Source of the DNA: Patescibacteria group bacterium
GTDB taxonomy: Bacteria > Patescibacteriota > Patescibacteriia > PEXW01
DNA: 64,000 nt
NCBI GenBank assembly: GCA_041671325.1
Contig: JBAZBR010000001.1
Span: 25,771 to 89,770, forward strand
Direction: 5' to 3'
The notes under the pieces: generated by a model
Told to the model about the DNA's origin: nothing
Databases searched by the model: none
What the model saw: the letters and a program-made list of their open reading frames with translations, nothing else
Part shown: piece by piece, positions 1 to 8,426 of the stretch
Position numbering within the stretch: position 1 is the stretch's first letter
How the letters are laid out: every line of letters begins with the position of its first letter
Translations under genes and position numbers: made by a program

Positions 1-2370
1 AACATAGATTTTCCAGTCTTTGACACGCATTTTGAAGGTGAAGCTTATACCACAGTTTCCGGCCAAAACAGCAATAATACCGTCCGGGTTAATAATGAAT
101 TTATGGAATCAGTTAAAGCTAATGCGCCTTGGAGCCTGAAGAATCGGGTTGACGGTTCAGTGGCCAAAACCATCCCAGCTAAAGATTTGTGGAATGAAAT
201 TTCTTTTGCCGCTTGGTCTTGTGCTGATCCAGGCCTGCAATTTGATACTACAGTCAATGAATGGCACACCTGCCCAGAGGACGGCCGGATCATTGGCTCA
301 AACCCTTGCAGTGAATACATGTTTTTGGATGACACGGCTTGCAACTTAGCTTCCATCAATCTTTCCAAATACCTAAATGACGAAACCGGGGTTTTTGATT
401 TAGACAGTTTAAAGCACAGCATCAAATTATGGACCATCACTTTGGAAATTTCAGTTTTGATGGCCCAATTCCCCGGCAAAGAAATGGCCAGGAAAAGTTT
501 TGAGTTCCGAACTTTAGGCTTGGGTTATGCCAACTTAGGCACGGTTTTGATGACCTTGGGCATTCCTTATGATTCCGACGAAGGCCGAGCTGTGGCCGCG
601 GCTCTGACTGCCATCATGACTGGCGAGTCTTATGCGGCTTCAGCCGAAATGGCCAGTGCCACCGAACCCTTCCCTGGCTACGAAAGAAACAAGCGGCATA
701 TGCTGCGGGTCATCCGCAACCACCGCCGGGTGGCTTACAATGCGCCAGCCGATGAATACGAAGGCCTGACCATTACCCCAGTCAGTCTGGAACCCAGTGC
801 TTGCCCAGCATATTTATTGGAAGCAGCCAAGGAAGCTTGGGACCGGGCTATTGCTTTGGGTGAAAAATTTGGTTTCCGCAATGCCCAGACTACGCTGATT
901 GCCCCAACTGGTACGATTGGTTTGCTCATGGATTGCGATACCACGGGCGTGGAGCCGGATTTCGCCATGGTCAAGTTCAAGAAATTAGCTGGCGGCGGTT
1001 TTTTCAAGATCGCCAACCAATCCATGGACAAAGCTTTGAAACATTTAGGTTACACTGACCAGCAGGTTAAAGATATTGAAAGTTATGCCAAAGGCCATGG
1101 TTCTTTAATCGGTTGTCCGGGCATTAACCCAGAAGTCTTGAAAGAAAAAGGTTTTTCTGAGGCTGATTTAATCAGCCTTGAACAGAATTTACGCACGGCT
1201 TTTGACATCCGTTTTGCTTTCACGCCCTATGTTCTGGGCGAAGAGGTTTTGAAGCGCGTGGGCCTGAAAGACGAGCAAATTGCTGACCACGAATTGAATG
1301 TCTTGAAAGCCTTGGGCTTTACTGATGAAGAAATCAACGCGGCTAATGAATATGTTTGCGGCACCATGACCGTGGAAGGCGCCCCGCATTTGAAATTAGA
1401 GCATTACCCGGTTTTTGATTGCGCTAATAGGTGCGGCATGAAAGGCAAAAGATTCATTGCATATGACGCCCACCTAAAAATGATGGCCGCTACCCAGCCT
1501 TTCCTGTCCGGCGCCATTTCCAAAACCATTAACATGCCTAACGAAGCCACCATCCAGGATATTGAAAATGCCTATATGAAAAGCTGGAAATACATGTTAA
1601 AAGCTGTGGCTTTGTACCGCGACGGCTCCAAGCTTTCCCAGCCCTTGAATTCCATTTCAGGTTTGGATGAATTAGGCCAGGCCGAAACCAAGACAGAGGA
1701 AGTGAATGAGCAGGTCACACCCCAGCAGGTTTCTGATGCCGTGGCTGGCCAGGCGATCAGGGCGGCTTTGCCTAATAAACGCCGGGGTTTTGTGCAAAAA
1801 TCTTTTGTGGGCGGGCATAAAGTTTACTTGCGAACTGGCGAATACCCAGACGGCAAACTTGGCGAAATTTTCATCGATATGTACAAAGAGGGGACAGCTT
1901 ACCGCAGTTTGCTTTCCATGTTCGCCATTTCCATTTCTAAAGGCCTGCAATACGGTATTCCTCTGGAAGAATACGTGGACACCTTCACCTACACCCGTTT
2001 TGAGCCAGCCGGTCCTGTCCAAGGCCATGAAAACGTGAAAATGGCCACTTCTATCCTGGATTATGTTTTCCGGGTCTTAGGCTTTGAATATTTAGGCCGG
2101 ACAGACTTGGTGCACGTAAAGCCGGACACTACCCCGCAGATGGACAATAAGCCCAGAGCTGTGCAAGAGCCTTTGCCAATCCACACGCCAAAAGTGAACA
2201 TGACTGAAGCGGTGGCCAGCAACGTTGGCTTTGGCATGCATTCCAAGGATGAAGCCAGGCAGCAAGGCTATACTGGCGACCAATGCTCCGCTTGCGGGAG
2301 CATGAAAATGAAGCGTAATGGCACTTGCATCCTCTGTCTGGATTGCGGGGAAACCACGGGGTGCAGTTAG
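1..2370 (+). CDS. nrdJ: Ribonucleotide reductase class II (adenosylcobalamin-dependent), 5' end cut by window edge
   Basis: Frame 1 open from nt 1 ([36 protein letters not shown]...); long RNR core; C-terminal Cys-rich tail [19 protein letters not shown]. Confidence 0.85.
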   Translation, partial: NIDFPVFDTHFEGEAYTTVSGQNSNNTVRVNNEFMESVKANAPWSLKNRVDGSVAKTIPAKDLWNEISFAAWSCADPGLQFDTTVNEWHTCPEDGRIIGSNPCSEYMFLDDTACNLASINLSKYLNDETGVFDLDSLKHSIKLWTITLEISVLMAQFPGKEMARKSFEFRTLGLGYANLGTVLMTLGIPYDSDEGRAVAAALTAIMTGESYAASAEMASATEPFPGYERNKRHMLRVIRNHRRVAYNAPADEYEGLTITPVSLEPSACPAYLLEAAKEAWDRAIALGEKFGFRNAQTTLIAPTGTIGLLMDCDTTGVEPDFAMVKFKKLAGGGFFKIANQSMDKALKHLGYTDQQVKDIESYAKGHGSLIGCPGINPEVLKEKGFSEADLISLEQNLRTAFDIRFAFTPYVLGEEVLKRVGLKDEQIADHELNVLKALGFTDEEINAANEYVCGTMTVEGAPHLKLEHYPVFDCANRCGMKGKRFIAYDAHLKMMAATQPFLSGAISKTINMPNEATIQDIENAYMKSWKYMLKAVALYRDGSKLSQPLNSISGLDELGQAETKTEEVNEQVTPQQVSDAVAGQAIRAALPNKRRGFVQKSFVGGHKVYLRTGEYPDGKLGEIFIDMYKEGTAYRSLLSMFAISISKGLQYGIPLEEYVDTFTYTRFEPAGPVQGHENVKMATSILDYVFRVLGFEYLGRTDLVHVKPDTTPQMDNKPRAVQEPLPIHTPKVNMTEAVASNVGFGMHSKDEARQQGYTGDQCSACGSMKMKRNGTCILCLDCGETTGCS

Positions 2371-2402
2371 TTTTATATAAATTCGCATTAATAAAAAAAT
2401 AT

Positions 2403-2717
2403 ATGCCAGAAGTCGAAGGAGCAGGAATAGAACAAGAGGCCAATGAGTATGGTCAGGAAATGGATCAAGCGCTTATTGATCTCGTGGTTAAGACAGCCCA
2501 AAAAGGGTCTGAGGCTGGACTCCGTGAAACCTTGAAAGACGCATATGAGTTACGTGATCACATCAATAACGTTAAAATGGATTACGAGGGCAAGCTTGAT
2601 ATTTCATCCTTACAAACCCGTGTTGATGAGCTTGTCGAGTTGTACGGCTTGGATGCCGAGAAATTTTCATTAAAGAGGCTTAAAGAACTCTTGGATGCAG
2701 TTGCGGTAAAGGAATAG
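2403..2717 (+). CDS. hypothetical acidic helical protein (about 104 aa from MPEVEGAG...)
   Basis: ORF directly after nrdJ; no recognisable family; weak SD. Confidence 0.35.
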   Translation: MPEVEGAGIEQEANEYGQEMDQALIDLVVKTAQKGSEAGLRETLKDAYELRDHINNVKMDYEGKLDISSLQTRVDELVELYGLDAEKFSLKRLKELLDAVAVKE

Positions 2718-2733
2718 TAATATTTTAAAAAAG

Positions 2734-2763
2734 AAGAAGCGACCCAACGGGGTCGCTTCTTAA
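2734..2763. terminator. GC-rich hairpin GAAGCGACCC-aacg-GGGTCGCTTC flanked by A/T runs
   Basis: 10-bp perfect stem after 2403..2717 ORF. Confidence 0.5.
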
Positions 2764-2790
2764 ATTTCCTCTGTCATTGCGGGCATATTA

Positions 2791-2878
2791 ACCCCACCCA
2801 AACCCTCCCCTTAGTAAGGGGAGGAGTTTTCGGAATCTGCCCTCCCCTCCTTACCAAGGAGGGGGTTAGGGGGAGGTT
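2791..2878. repeat. 88-bp twin-hairpin G/C-tract repeat, copy 1 (CCCTCCCCTTAGTAAGGGGAGG ... AAGGAGGGGGTTAGGGGGAGG)
   Basis: About 90% identical to 10401-10487; two internal palindromes. Confidence 0.8.
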
Positions 2879-2898
2879 TTTGTGTTAGGATTTAAGAA

Positions 2899-3276
2899 AT
2901 GACCAAGCTTTATAATCAGAAAAAGCAAACGCCTTTACGCAAAATTTTGCGTAAGAATATGCCTAAAGCAGAAATATTGCTTTGGGGTAAATTGAAAAAT
3001 AAACAATTGCTTGGTTTTAAGTTTCGTCGGCAATTCAGTGTCGGCAGATATGTAGTGGATTTTTATTGTCCACAATTACGATTAGCCATTGAAATTGATG
3101 GTGAAACTCATTTATCCAAAGATGCTAAAAGTTACGATCAAGAAAGGCAAAAGATTATTGAGAAGTTTGATATTAAGTTTTTACGTTTTTGGAATACTGA
3201 CATATATAACAATATTGACGGAGTTCTTGAAAGGATAATTGAAAATCTAAATAAATTAAACAACCTCAATCCCTAA
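2899..3276 (+). CDS. DUF559 (Vsr-like endonuclease fold) domain protein
   Basis: Motifs LLWGKLKNKQLLGFKFRRQFSVGRYVVDFYCPQLRLAIEIDGETH typical of DUF559. Confidence 0.7.
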   Translation: MTKLYNQKKQTPLRKILRKNMPKAEILLWGKLKNKQLLGFKFRRQFSVGRYVVDFYCPQLRLAIEIDGETHLSKDAKSYDQERQKIIEKFDIKFLRFWNTDIYNNIDGVLERIIENLNKLNNLNP

Positions 3277-3296
3277 CTCCTCGCAATGACAGAATG

Positions 3297-3327
3297 AAAA
3301 AAGAGCGGCCGTGGGGGTCGCTCTTTT
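3297..3327. repeat. Conserved intergenic palindromic hairpin H1 (AAAAAAGAGCGGCCG-tgggg-GTCGCTCTTTT)
   Basis: Family of six hairpins between 3297 and 5885 with compensatory stem changes. Confidence 0.7.
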
Positions 3328-3350
3328 GTAAGTAGCATTGAGGCTTGTAT

Positions 3351-3668
3351 TTACGAAGATTTTGCAAAACTATTTTTGTAGTTTCTCAGCGTAGCAAAAT
3401 CTTCTCGCAAAAAGTCTCGCCATAGGCCTATGCAACAAAGAGTAGTAAGACTGCCGATAACTAAGGCGATGGTAATGAAAGAACGTTGTAGGTCGCACAC
3501 CACGATTCCACTACCGGCGAGAAGGTTGAGTCCAAGCAGGCAAGCGCATATCACTATGCTACACAAGCAGCCAATGTATGCGCTTGCTAGGCAACTAATT
3601 AGCGTAAGTATAAAGATGGAACCTGCAATGTAAAAGAGCTTATTTAAGACGCAAACAGAACGATGCAT
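3351..3668 (-). CDS. small Cys-rich membrane protein (105 aa)
   Basis: RBS GGAGGTAAT before ATG; hydrophobic segments; bounded by hairpins H1 and H2. Confidence 0.5.
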   Translation of the reverse strand: MHRSVCVLNKLFYIAGSIFILTLISCLASAYIGCLCSIVICACLLGLNLLAGSGIVVCDLQRSFITIALVIGSLTTLCCIGLWRDFLREDFATLRNYKNSFAKSS

Positions 3669-3745
3669 ATTACCTCCGATTTGGATTTTACTCTTTTACG
3701 ATAATTTAAGGCGTTTACTTTATATCTGTCAAGCACTTAAAAACG

Positions 3746-3776
3746 AAAAAGAGCGGGCCGGGAAGGTCCGCTCTTT
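3746..3776. repeat. Hairpin H2 (AAAAAGAGCGGGCC-gggaa-GGTCCGCTCTTT)
   Basis: Same family as H1; compensatory GGGCC/GGTCC pairing. Confidence 0.7.
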
Positions 3777-3784
3777 AATGAAGG

Positions 3785-4258
3785 TTAGTCTAGGCTTATG
3801 CCCCAGTAGTCGTGGAAGCCGACAATTTGCCTGGTTTCATTGTTATACACTGCTTCACGGCCACAGAAATCATGAAAGTCTTTTTTCAAAACCTGGTTAA
3901 TATACCCAAATGGTCCATCAGGCTCTAAGAGCAGGAGTCCGCGTCCACCATAGAACTGTCGGTCCTCATAGGCCAAATATAGAGCGCGTTTGACTACGTG
4001 GATTGCGGCTTGTGGGTACATCCCCCCGTAGTGCATTGTCCATCGAGGGATGTCATTTTCCCAGATGGTCGTGAAACCGGCGCTGTGATCGCCGTTCACA
4101 CACCAACAGTCAACAAGACGCAGGCCGCCTTCGCGGAATTCAAATGCCTTGTACCCGGGCAAATTCGGGATAATCATTCTTTTTGCCCCTGAAGCAGCAG
4201 CCCAACCACTAAGCATCGCAGTAAAAAAGAATTCTTTGATTTCATCAATCGTTTTCAT
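3785..4258 (-). CDS. hypothetical protein (157 aa from MKTIDEIKEF...)
   Basis: RBS GAGGAAGTA before ATG at 4258; no TM; no family recognised. Confidence 0.55.
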   Translation of the reverse strand: MKTIDEIKEFFFTAMLSGWAAASGAKRMIIPNLPGYKAFEFREGGLRLVDCWCVNGDHSAGFTTIWENDIPRWTMHYGGMYPQAAIHVVKRALYLAYEDRQFYGGRGLLLLEPDGPFGYINQVLKKDFHDFCGREAVYNNETRQIVGFHDYWGISLD

Positions 4259-4286
4259 TACTTCCTCACTTTTTATTTGTACCCAG

Positions 4287-4315
4287 AGTCTAGAATAACA
4301 CGCTACCCATGTCAA
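4287..4315 (-). promoter_or_regulatory. sigma70-like promoter TTGACA-17-TAGACT for the 3785..4258 gene, fused to hairpin H3
   Basis: Read on minus strand: TTTTTTAAATATTGACAtgggtagcgtgttattcTAGACT. Confidence 0.4.
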
Positions 4316-4320
4316 TATTT

Positions 4321-4350
4321 AAAAAAGAGCGGCCGGGTGGTCGTTTATTT
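4321..4350. repeat. Hairpin H3 (degenerate right arm) sitting in a divergent promoter region
   Basis: AAAAAAGAGCGGCCGGGTGGTCGTTTATTT; left arm conserved, right arm decayed. Confidence 0.5.
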
Positions 4351-4448
4351 ACTGCATTGACGTTTTTCATTATCGGGGTTAAGGTTTTACTCAGAATAAA
4401 GCACATTCCATAAATAATGGTCTCTAAAAGAGATTAAGGAGGTATGTC

Positions 4449-4871
4449 ATGGCTTCTTGGGTAAAATTCATTTTTATCCTAGTCATTGCAATGGGTATGA
4501 TACTGATTGTTGCCAATACTCAAAATTGGCCAGTTGCACTTTTACTGCCGGGATCTATTATCGGTCTGCTGGCCGCTCTCTTTGGAATTTCCGATAACAG
4601 TATTTCCTCCCGGAGAGAATCGGGATTTCATTTCCTAGCTGTCTCGCTTGCTGTGTTATTTACGGTTTTTCTCATCGATCAAACGGTAACTTATGGGTTT
4701 CGAGCTATGATGGCTGGCGTGCTTACTGGTGATGGTCCTCTGGCCACCAATAGCGAGCTCATAATATGCTGGTCATTGATAGCTGAAATAACACTCTGTG
4801 TATTGATGATCAGGTATATTCCCAGCCACATGGCCTCTGATACGAAACCATCTTATGACGGTTTGGCATAA
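4449..4871 (+). CDS. small multi-TM membrane protein (140 aa)
   Basis: RBS AAGGAGG 6 nt before ATG; 4 hydrophobic helices. Confidence 0.6.
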   Translation: MASWVKFIFILVIAMGMILIVANTQNWPVALLLPGSIIGLLAALFGISDNSISSRRESGFHFLAVSLAVLFTVFLIDQTVTYGFRAMMAGVLTGDGPLATNSELIICWSLIAEITLCVLMIRYIPSHMASDTKPSYDGLA

Positions 4872-4962
4872 GTAGGTCATATTGAACGGTCCGCGTAATA
4901 AGAAGGCTAACAGTGATCCTAACAAGAGTGGGTAAATGTACCCGCTCTTTTATTATATTTGT

Positions 4963-4991
4963 AAAAGAGCGGCCGGGGAGTCGCTCTTTTT
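4963..4991. repeat. Hairpin H4 (AAAAGAGCGGCCGG-ggagt-CGCTCTTTTT), with an upstream alternative partner CCGCTCTTTTA at 4942-4952
   Basis: Two mutually exclusive stem-loops share the AAAAGAGCGG arm. Confidence 0.6.
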
Positions 4992-5026
4992 AAGTTATTT
5001 AACGTGGCTTGGCTGTGGGGTACCTG

Positions 5027-5359
5027 TTAAAAAAATTGTGGCCATTGTTTAAACCCTGGCAGGGCATAATGGGCGCGAGCATCAATGAAACCCCTCAGGC
5101 AACCCAACAGAAACATCAGTGAATAAATAACAGGCAAAAGAGCATCATTCGTGTGGCTAGTTTTGTGCGCGCTGATCAGCCATATGATTACAGTTAGGAG
5201 CAAGACGACCATCATTCCAATTGCAATCGAATATCCAACTAGGAATGTAATTGCCAGAAGTTTGGATCCCGAACCTTGCGTGCGAAGGAGTAATGGCTTG
5301 AGGCCAAAGCGTATGATGACAGCCAGTATCGCAAAAGAGATAAGGAAGTTAATGAACAT
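5027..5359 (-). CDS. small multi-TM membrane protein (110 aa)
   Basis: RBS AGGAGGATAGT before ATG; 3 TM helices. Confidence 0.6.
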   Translation of the reverse strand: MFINFLISFAILAVIIRFGLKPLLLRTQGSGSKLLAITFLVGYSIAIGMMVVLLLTVIIWLISAHKTSHTNDALLPVIYSLMFLLGCLRGFIDARAHYALPGFKQWPQFF

Positions 5360-5419
5360 ACTATCCTCCTGTTAGTCTGTGTTAATACTAGCGAATAATT
5401 CAAATTTTAGTCAATATTT

Positions 5420-5447
5420 AAAAAAGAGCGGGCCAGGATGGTCCGCT
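5420..5447. repeat. Hairpin H5 (AAAAAGAGCGGGCC-aggat-GGTCCGCTC), preceded on the minus strand by TTGACT -35
   Basis: Same family; TCAATATTT junction motif shared with H3. Confidence 0.6.
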
Positions 5448-5462
5448 CCAATAGGCTGATTG

Positions 5463-5792
5463 TCAGCCCTGTGCTTGTTTTCGTCGGTACAAACGAATTT
5501 CTGTAATGTCTTTTTGAATCTGGCGTGATATAAGATAGAAGCCTGCTGCAAAGACTACCAGTGAACGAAGACATACTAATGTGGAAAGCGTGGGCTCGTT
5601 TCTCCAAAGAAATATCTCCGCAAGGAATATAAGAAGTGCTGCCAGGAGTGCAGAGCCAATAATGATCCATACCCCGAGAATAACCAACCACTTATTACCC
5701 GTGGTATTGTACGCTCGTTGCTTCATTAGGCTGTAGCCAATAGCACCAATCAAGATTGTTATTGCCATGTAGAGCAGTATTCTTATGTACAT
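5463..5792 (-). CDS. small multi-TM membrane protein (109 aa from MYIRILLYMA...)
   Basis: RBS AAGGAG 6 nt before ATG at 5792; 3 TM helices. Confidence 0.55.
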   Translation of the reverse strand: MYIRILLYMAITILIGAIGYSLMKQRAYNTTGNKWLVILGVWIIIGSALLAALLIFLAEIFLWRNEPTLSTLVCLRSLVVFAAGFYLISRQIQKDITEIRLYRRKQAQG

Positions 5793-5855
5793 TTTAAACT
5801 CCTTGGTTTTGTCTGTTTTTATAACCCTAAAAGTTTCATGCTGGTTTGTCAACTA

Positions 5856-5885
5856 AAAAGAGCGGCCGGATGGTCGCTCTTTTTA
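5856..5885. repeat. Hairpin H6 (AAAAAGAGCGGCCGG-atg-GTCGCTCTTTTT), followed on the minus strand by TTGACA-17-TAGGGT
   Basis: Same family; terminator for the 5883..6488 gene and promoter unit for 5463..5792. Confidence 0.65.
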
Positions 5886-6488
5886 ACGGGCAATTTTAAT
5901 TTGTTGGTTTTTAATGGATGCTGTCACGGTAATGGTCGCGTTTAAGCAAATGCCAAGGATGGGGTAAAGCAAAGAGATTGGCTGATTGTCCCAACGCAGA
6001 AGTACGATGCATAGTGTTAAGCCATGGCATATCGTCCAAAGTAGCCAGGGTAAAGCGTGTTCGTGGTGTGTACCCTTAATAACCCCAATAAATGTCGCAG
6101 CAAAGGAAATAGCCACGGCAAATTGAATAAATACATTTCCATACCAAGCGACTCCAGAAACATACCAACAAACAAGCGCTACTAAAGCAATATAGATTGC
6201 CATGCTGTCCAATTTACGAATCTCTTTCATGCGTCCACGAAACAAGCAAAAGCTAAACATGAAGAAGCAGTTGCCAGTAGCAACATACGCATTGATGGAT
6301 TTTACCCAATCACCAGTGCCAAATTGGTAGGTGAATAGGTTTACCAAGCTAACACCGAACCAAATCATCCAAGAAGCAGCATTTGGCGTTGAACTACCAA
6401 TTCGAGCCTTCTGGAAATAAATGATTATTGCGGTAAGGTTTGTTAAAGCCAACAAACACCCCAGGATAAGACTGGTTGTATTTTGCAT
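5883..6488 (-). CDS. polytopic membrane protein (201 aa, 6-7 TM, Trp-rich; small-solute transporter-like)
   Basis: RBS AAGAGGCTAATC before ATG; own TTGACA-17-TAAATT promoter at about 6520-6550. Confidence 0.55.
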   Translation of the reverse strand: MQNTTSLILGCLLALTNLTAIIIYFQKARIGSSTPNAASWMIWFGVSLVNLFTYQFGTGDWVKSINAYVATGNCFFMFSFCLFRGRMKEIRKLDSMAIYIALVALVCWYVSGVAWYGNVFIQFAVAISFAATFIGVIKGTHHEHALPWLLWTICHGLTLCIVLLRWDNQPISLLYPILGICLNATITVTASIKNQQIKIAR

Positions 6489-6600
6489 GATTAGCCTCTT
6501 TTCAAGGGTTCAATTTTCAAGAAAATTTAACCCAATTAAGACGTATTGTCAACTCTTTAAAAAAGAAAAAGCCGCCAAAAGATTTGACGGCTGAAATTGT

Positions 6601-6699
6601 TTGAGCCTGGAAACCCCACGATATACAGGGTGTTCTTGCCCTTGGGGCTATGTCCCTCACGAACCACAACCCCGCGACCGTTATTGCTCCAGGCTCAAA
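6601..6699 (-). ncRNA. Candidate structured RNA closed by a 10-bp stem (TTGAGCCTGG...CCAGGCTCAA), followed on the minus strand by a weak terminator
   Basis: 99-nt element between two minus-strand genes; internal G/C helices; no ORF. Confidence 0.25.
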
Positions 6700-6710
6700 T
6701 TTGGTTGGCA

Positions 6711-7050
6711 TTATTTCCGCTCGGCAATTAAGGTATAGGTCGGCCGATTCTTTATGTTTTCGGTTTGGAGGTTAATCTCAAAAAGCTTAACTTTTTCGCC
6801 ACAGGTCAGCTTAAGCGTATCGCCAACCAGGACAAAATAATTGATAGAATCACCCGACCTGACAATTACCCAGGAAATACCACCACCGAGCAGGCTCACG
6901 GTTTGGACCGTGAAAACTTGATCTGGCCGGAAAGGGGTTAAGGTCTGCTCCTGATTGGTCTTATTACTCGGAATGAACAAAACACTGGCAAGTAAGGCCA
7001 CAAATCCAACTATTAGAACAACTTTCCACCACAAAGGAATTTTTTTATCA
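6711..7050 (-). CDS. hypothetical protein with N-terminal TM anchor (about 113 aa)
   Basis: ATG at 7050 with RBS AAGGAAG 7 nt upstream (the track start at 7058 is a GTG too close to the SD). Confidence 0.5.
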
Positions 7051-7180
7051 TTGTCCACTTCCTTCTGATAAGATTGTTCAAGTTCAATTCAAAGAAAATT
7101 AGCAATTATCGTTTTAAATGTCAATATTTATAAATGACTACTATGATATAATTATCATATATAATTAACTAAATAACTAT

Positions 7181-7852
7181 ATGGAAAAAAGAGGTGCATC
7201 ACTTTTTATCCCTATTGCATTAATAATCATCGGCATAGGTTGGTTAATCAGCAACCTGGGGGCTAAGGATTTTGGCCAGGTCTTTGGCGACTGGTGGCCA
7301 GTATTATTCATGATTGGCGCAGCCTTAACCTGGTATAACAATAAAAAGCAGGTAACTGGGCCGCTCATTTTCATGGCTTTAGGTTTGTTTTTACTGCTTT
7401 CTAACCTGAACGTGGTTACGGGAAACGTTTGGAATTATTTTTGGCCGATAATAATTATCATCATTGGCTTTTCCATCATCAACAACCGCCGAGGTTCAGA
7501 TCATAAGGGTGAAATAACGGATGATGCTAGAATTTTCACGGCTTTTGGCGGCCAAGAAAGGTATATGGATGGCAAGGATTTTAATGGCGGGGAAATTACA
7601 GCCATATTTGGCGGAGTGGACTTAGACTTGCGTAAAGCGGTTTTTACCAAAGATGCGGATATCCAGATTCTCGCCGCCTTTGGCGGAGTGGATATTCTGG
7701 TGCCAAAAAACCTTAAAGTGGAAGTTTCAGGTATCCCGATTTTTGGCGGTTTTGGCAACAAAGCCCATTTAGAAGGCAGTCCCATCGCAACTTTAAGAAT
7801 CCACGGTACGGTTGTGTTTGGCGGCGTGGATATCAAAAACGAAAAAGTTTGA
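7181..7852 (+). CDS. LiaF-like membrane protein (N-terminal 3-TM region plus C-terminal Gly-rich FGG-repeat beta domain)
   Basis: Repeated FGG(V/Q)D motifs and TM N-terminus resembling LiaF/DUF2154-type stress-module proteins. Confidence 0.45.
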   Translation: MEKRGASLFIPIALIIIGIGWLISNLGAKDFGQVFGDWWPVLFMIGAALTWYNNKKQVTGPLIFMALGLFLLLSNLNVVTGNVWNYFWPIIIIIIGFSIINNRRGSDHKGEITDDARIFTAFGGQERYMDGKDFNGGEITAIFGGVDLDLRKAVFTKDADIQILAAFGGVDILVPKNLKVEVSGIPIFGGFGNKAHLEGSPIATLRIHGTVVFGGVDIKNEKV

Positions 7853-7857
7853 ATATA

Positions 7858-7883
7858 AAACCCCGTTTTTTAGGCGGGGTTTA
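7858..7883. terminator. AAACCCCG-ttttttagg-CGGGGTTT hairpin
   Basis: Bidirectional terminator between convergent genes. Confidence 0.6.
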
Positions 7884-7890
7884 ATTGACT

Positions 7891-8310
7891 TTAGTTGATT
7901 TGGTCAATAGAAATGGCAAGTTCAGTGAGGAGTTCTTCTTGATCCGACAAAACCAGTTGGTTGTCGCTGATTAATTCAAAAATCGCATAACGGTGGGCTC
8001 TGAACAGTCTGAGGATTTTTTCGACCTCTTCATCTTGAAAGCTTGCTAAGTCTTTATAAAAGAGCAGGATTATCAAAGAATCAGAAACCTCTTTGTGGGT
8101 AATTAGGTCTTCCAACAACAGTTCTGGGCGTACATGGCTGTAAATAGCCGTAGTCAAACCTGAGATGATGTCCTTGTATTTCCCGGTGCCAATATAAGAC
8201 CAATATAATTCCAGCAACCGGCTTTCTCTTTTGAGTACATCCGGTTCTGTGCTGATTATTGACTGTACCATTCCTTCAAAGCTGTCTAAAACAACGGCTG
8301 GGTCAGGCAT
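7891..8310 (-). CDS. hypothetical cytoplasmic protein (139 aa)
   Basis: ORF with upstream TTGACA promoter near 8373-8385. Confidence 0.5.
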   Translation of the reverse strand: MPDPAVVLDSFEGMVQSIISTEPDVLKRESRLLELYWSYIGTGKYKDIISGLTTAIYSHVRPELLLEDLITHKEVSDSLIILLFYKDLASFQDEEVEKILRLFRAHRYAIFELISDNQLVLSDQEELLTELAISIDQIN

Positions 8311-8385
8311 TTTACCCTCCTTATAAGTTGCAGTCTTTATTTTTCTTGACTTAATTTTCCCTTAATTTGGCGGATATGTCAAAAA

Positions 8386-8415
8386 GAAAAACCTTCCGGG
8401 TAAGGGAAGGTTTTT
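8386..8415. terminator. AAAAACCTTCCGGG-taa-GGGAAGGTTTTT hairpin
   Basis: Perfect palindrome with flanking A/T tracts; ends the 8427..8600 micro-ORF. Confidence 0.6.
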
Positions 8416-8426
8416 AGTTAACAGGG

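Larger units (their letters stand above)
2770..3293. mobile_element. Candidate mini-element bounded by 12-bp terminal inverted repeats (TCTGTCATTGCG ... CGCAATGACAGA), carrying an 88-bp G/C-tract repeat and a DUF559 endonuclease gene
   Basis: Perfect 12-bp inverted repeats at 2770-2781 and 3282-3293; related motif copies at 10498-10506 and 58533-58546. Confidence 0.4.

Noticed and set aside
735-2443. Several 60-130-aa ORFs on the minus strand inside nrdJ (735..1031, 1189..1389, 1672..2028, 2061..2443)
   Set aside because: Fully embedded antisense to a conserved long gene. Typical shadow ORFs.
6571-6600. preQ1, THF or TPP riboswitch controlling the 201-aa membrane protein
   Set aside because: Conserved cores not recognisable. 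A terminator plus an independent TTGACA promoter separate the structured element from that gene.
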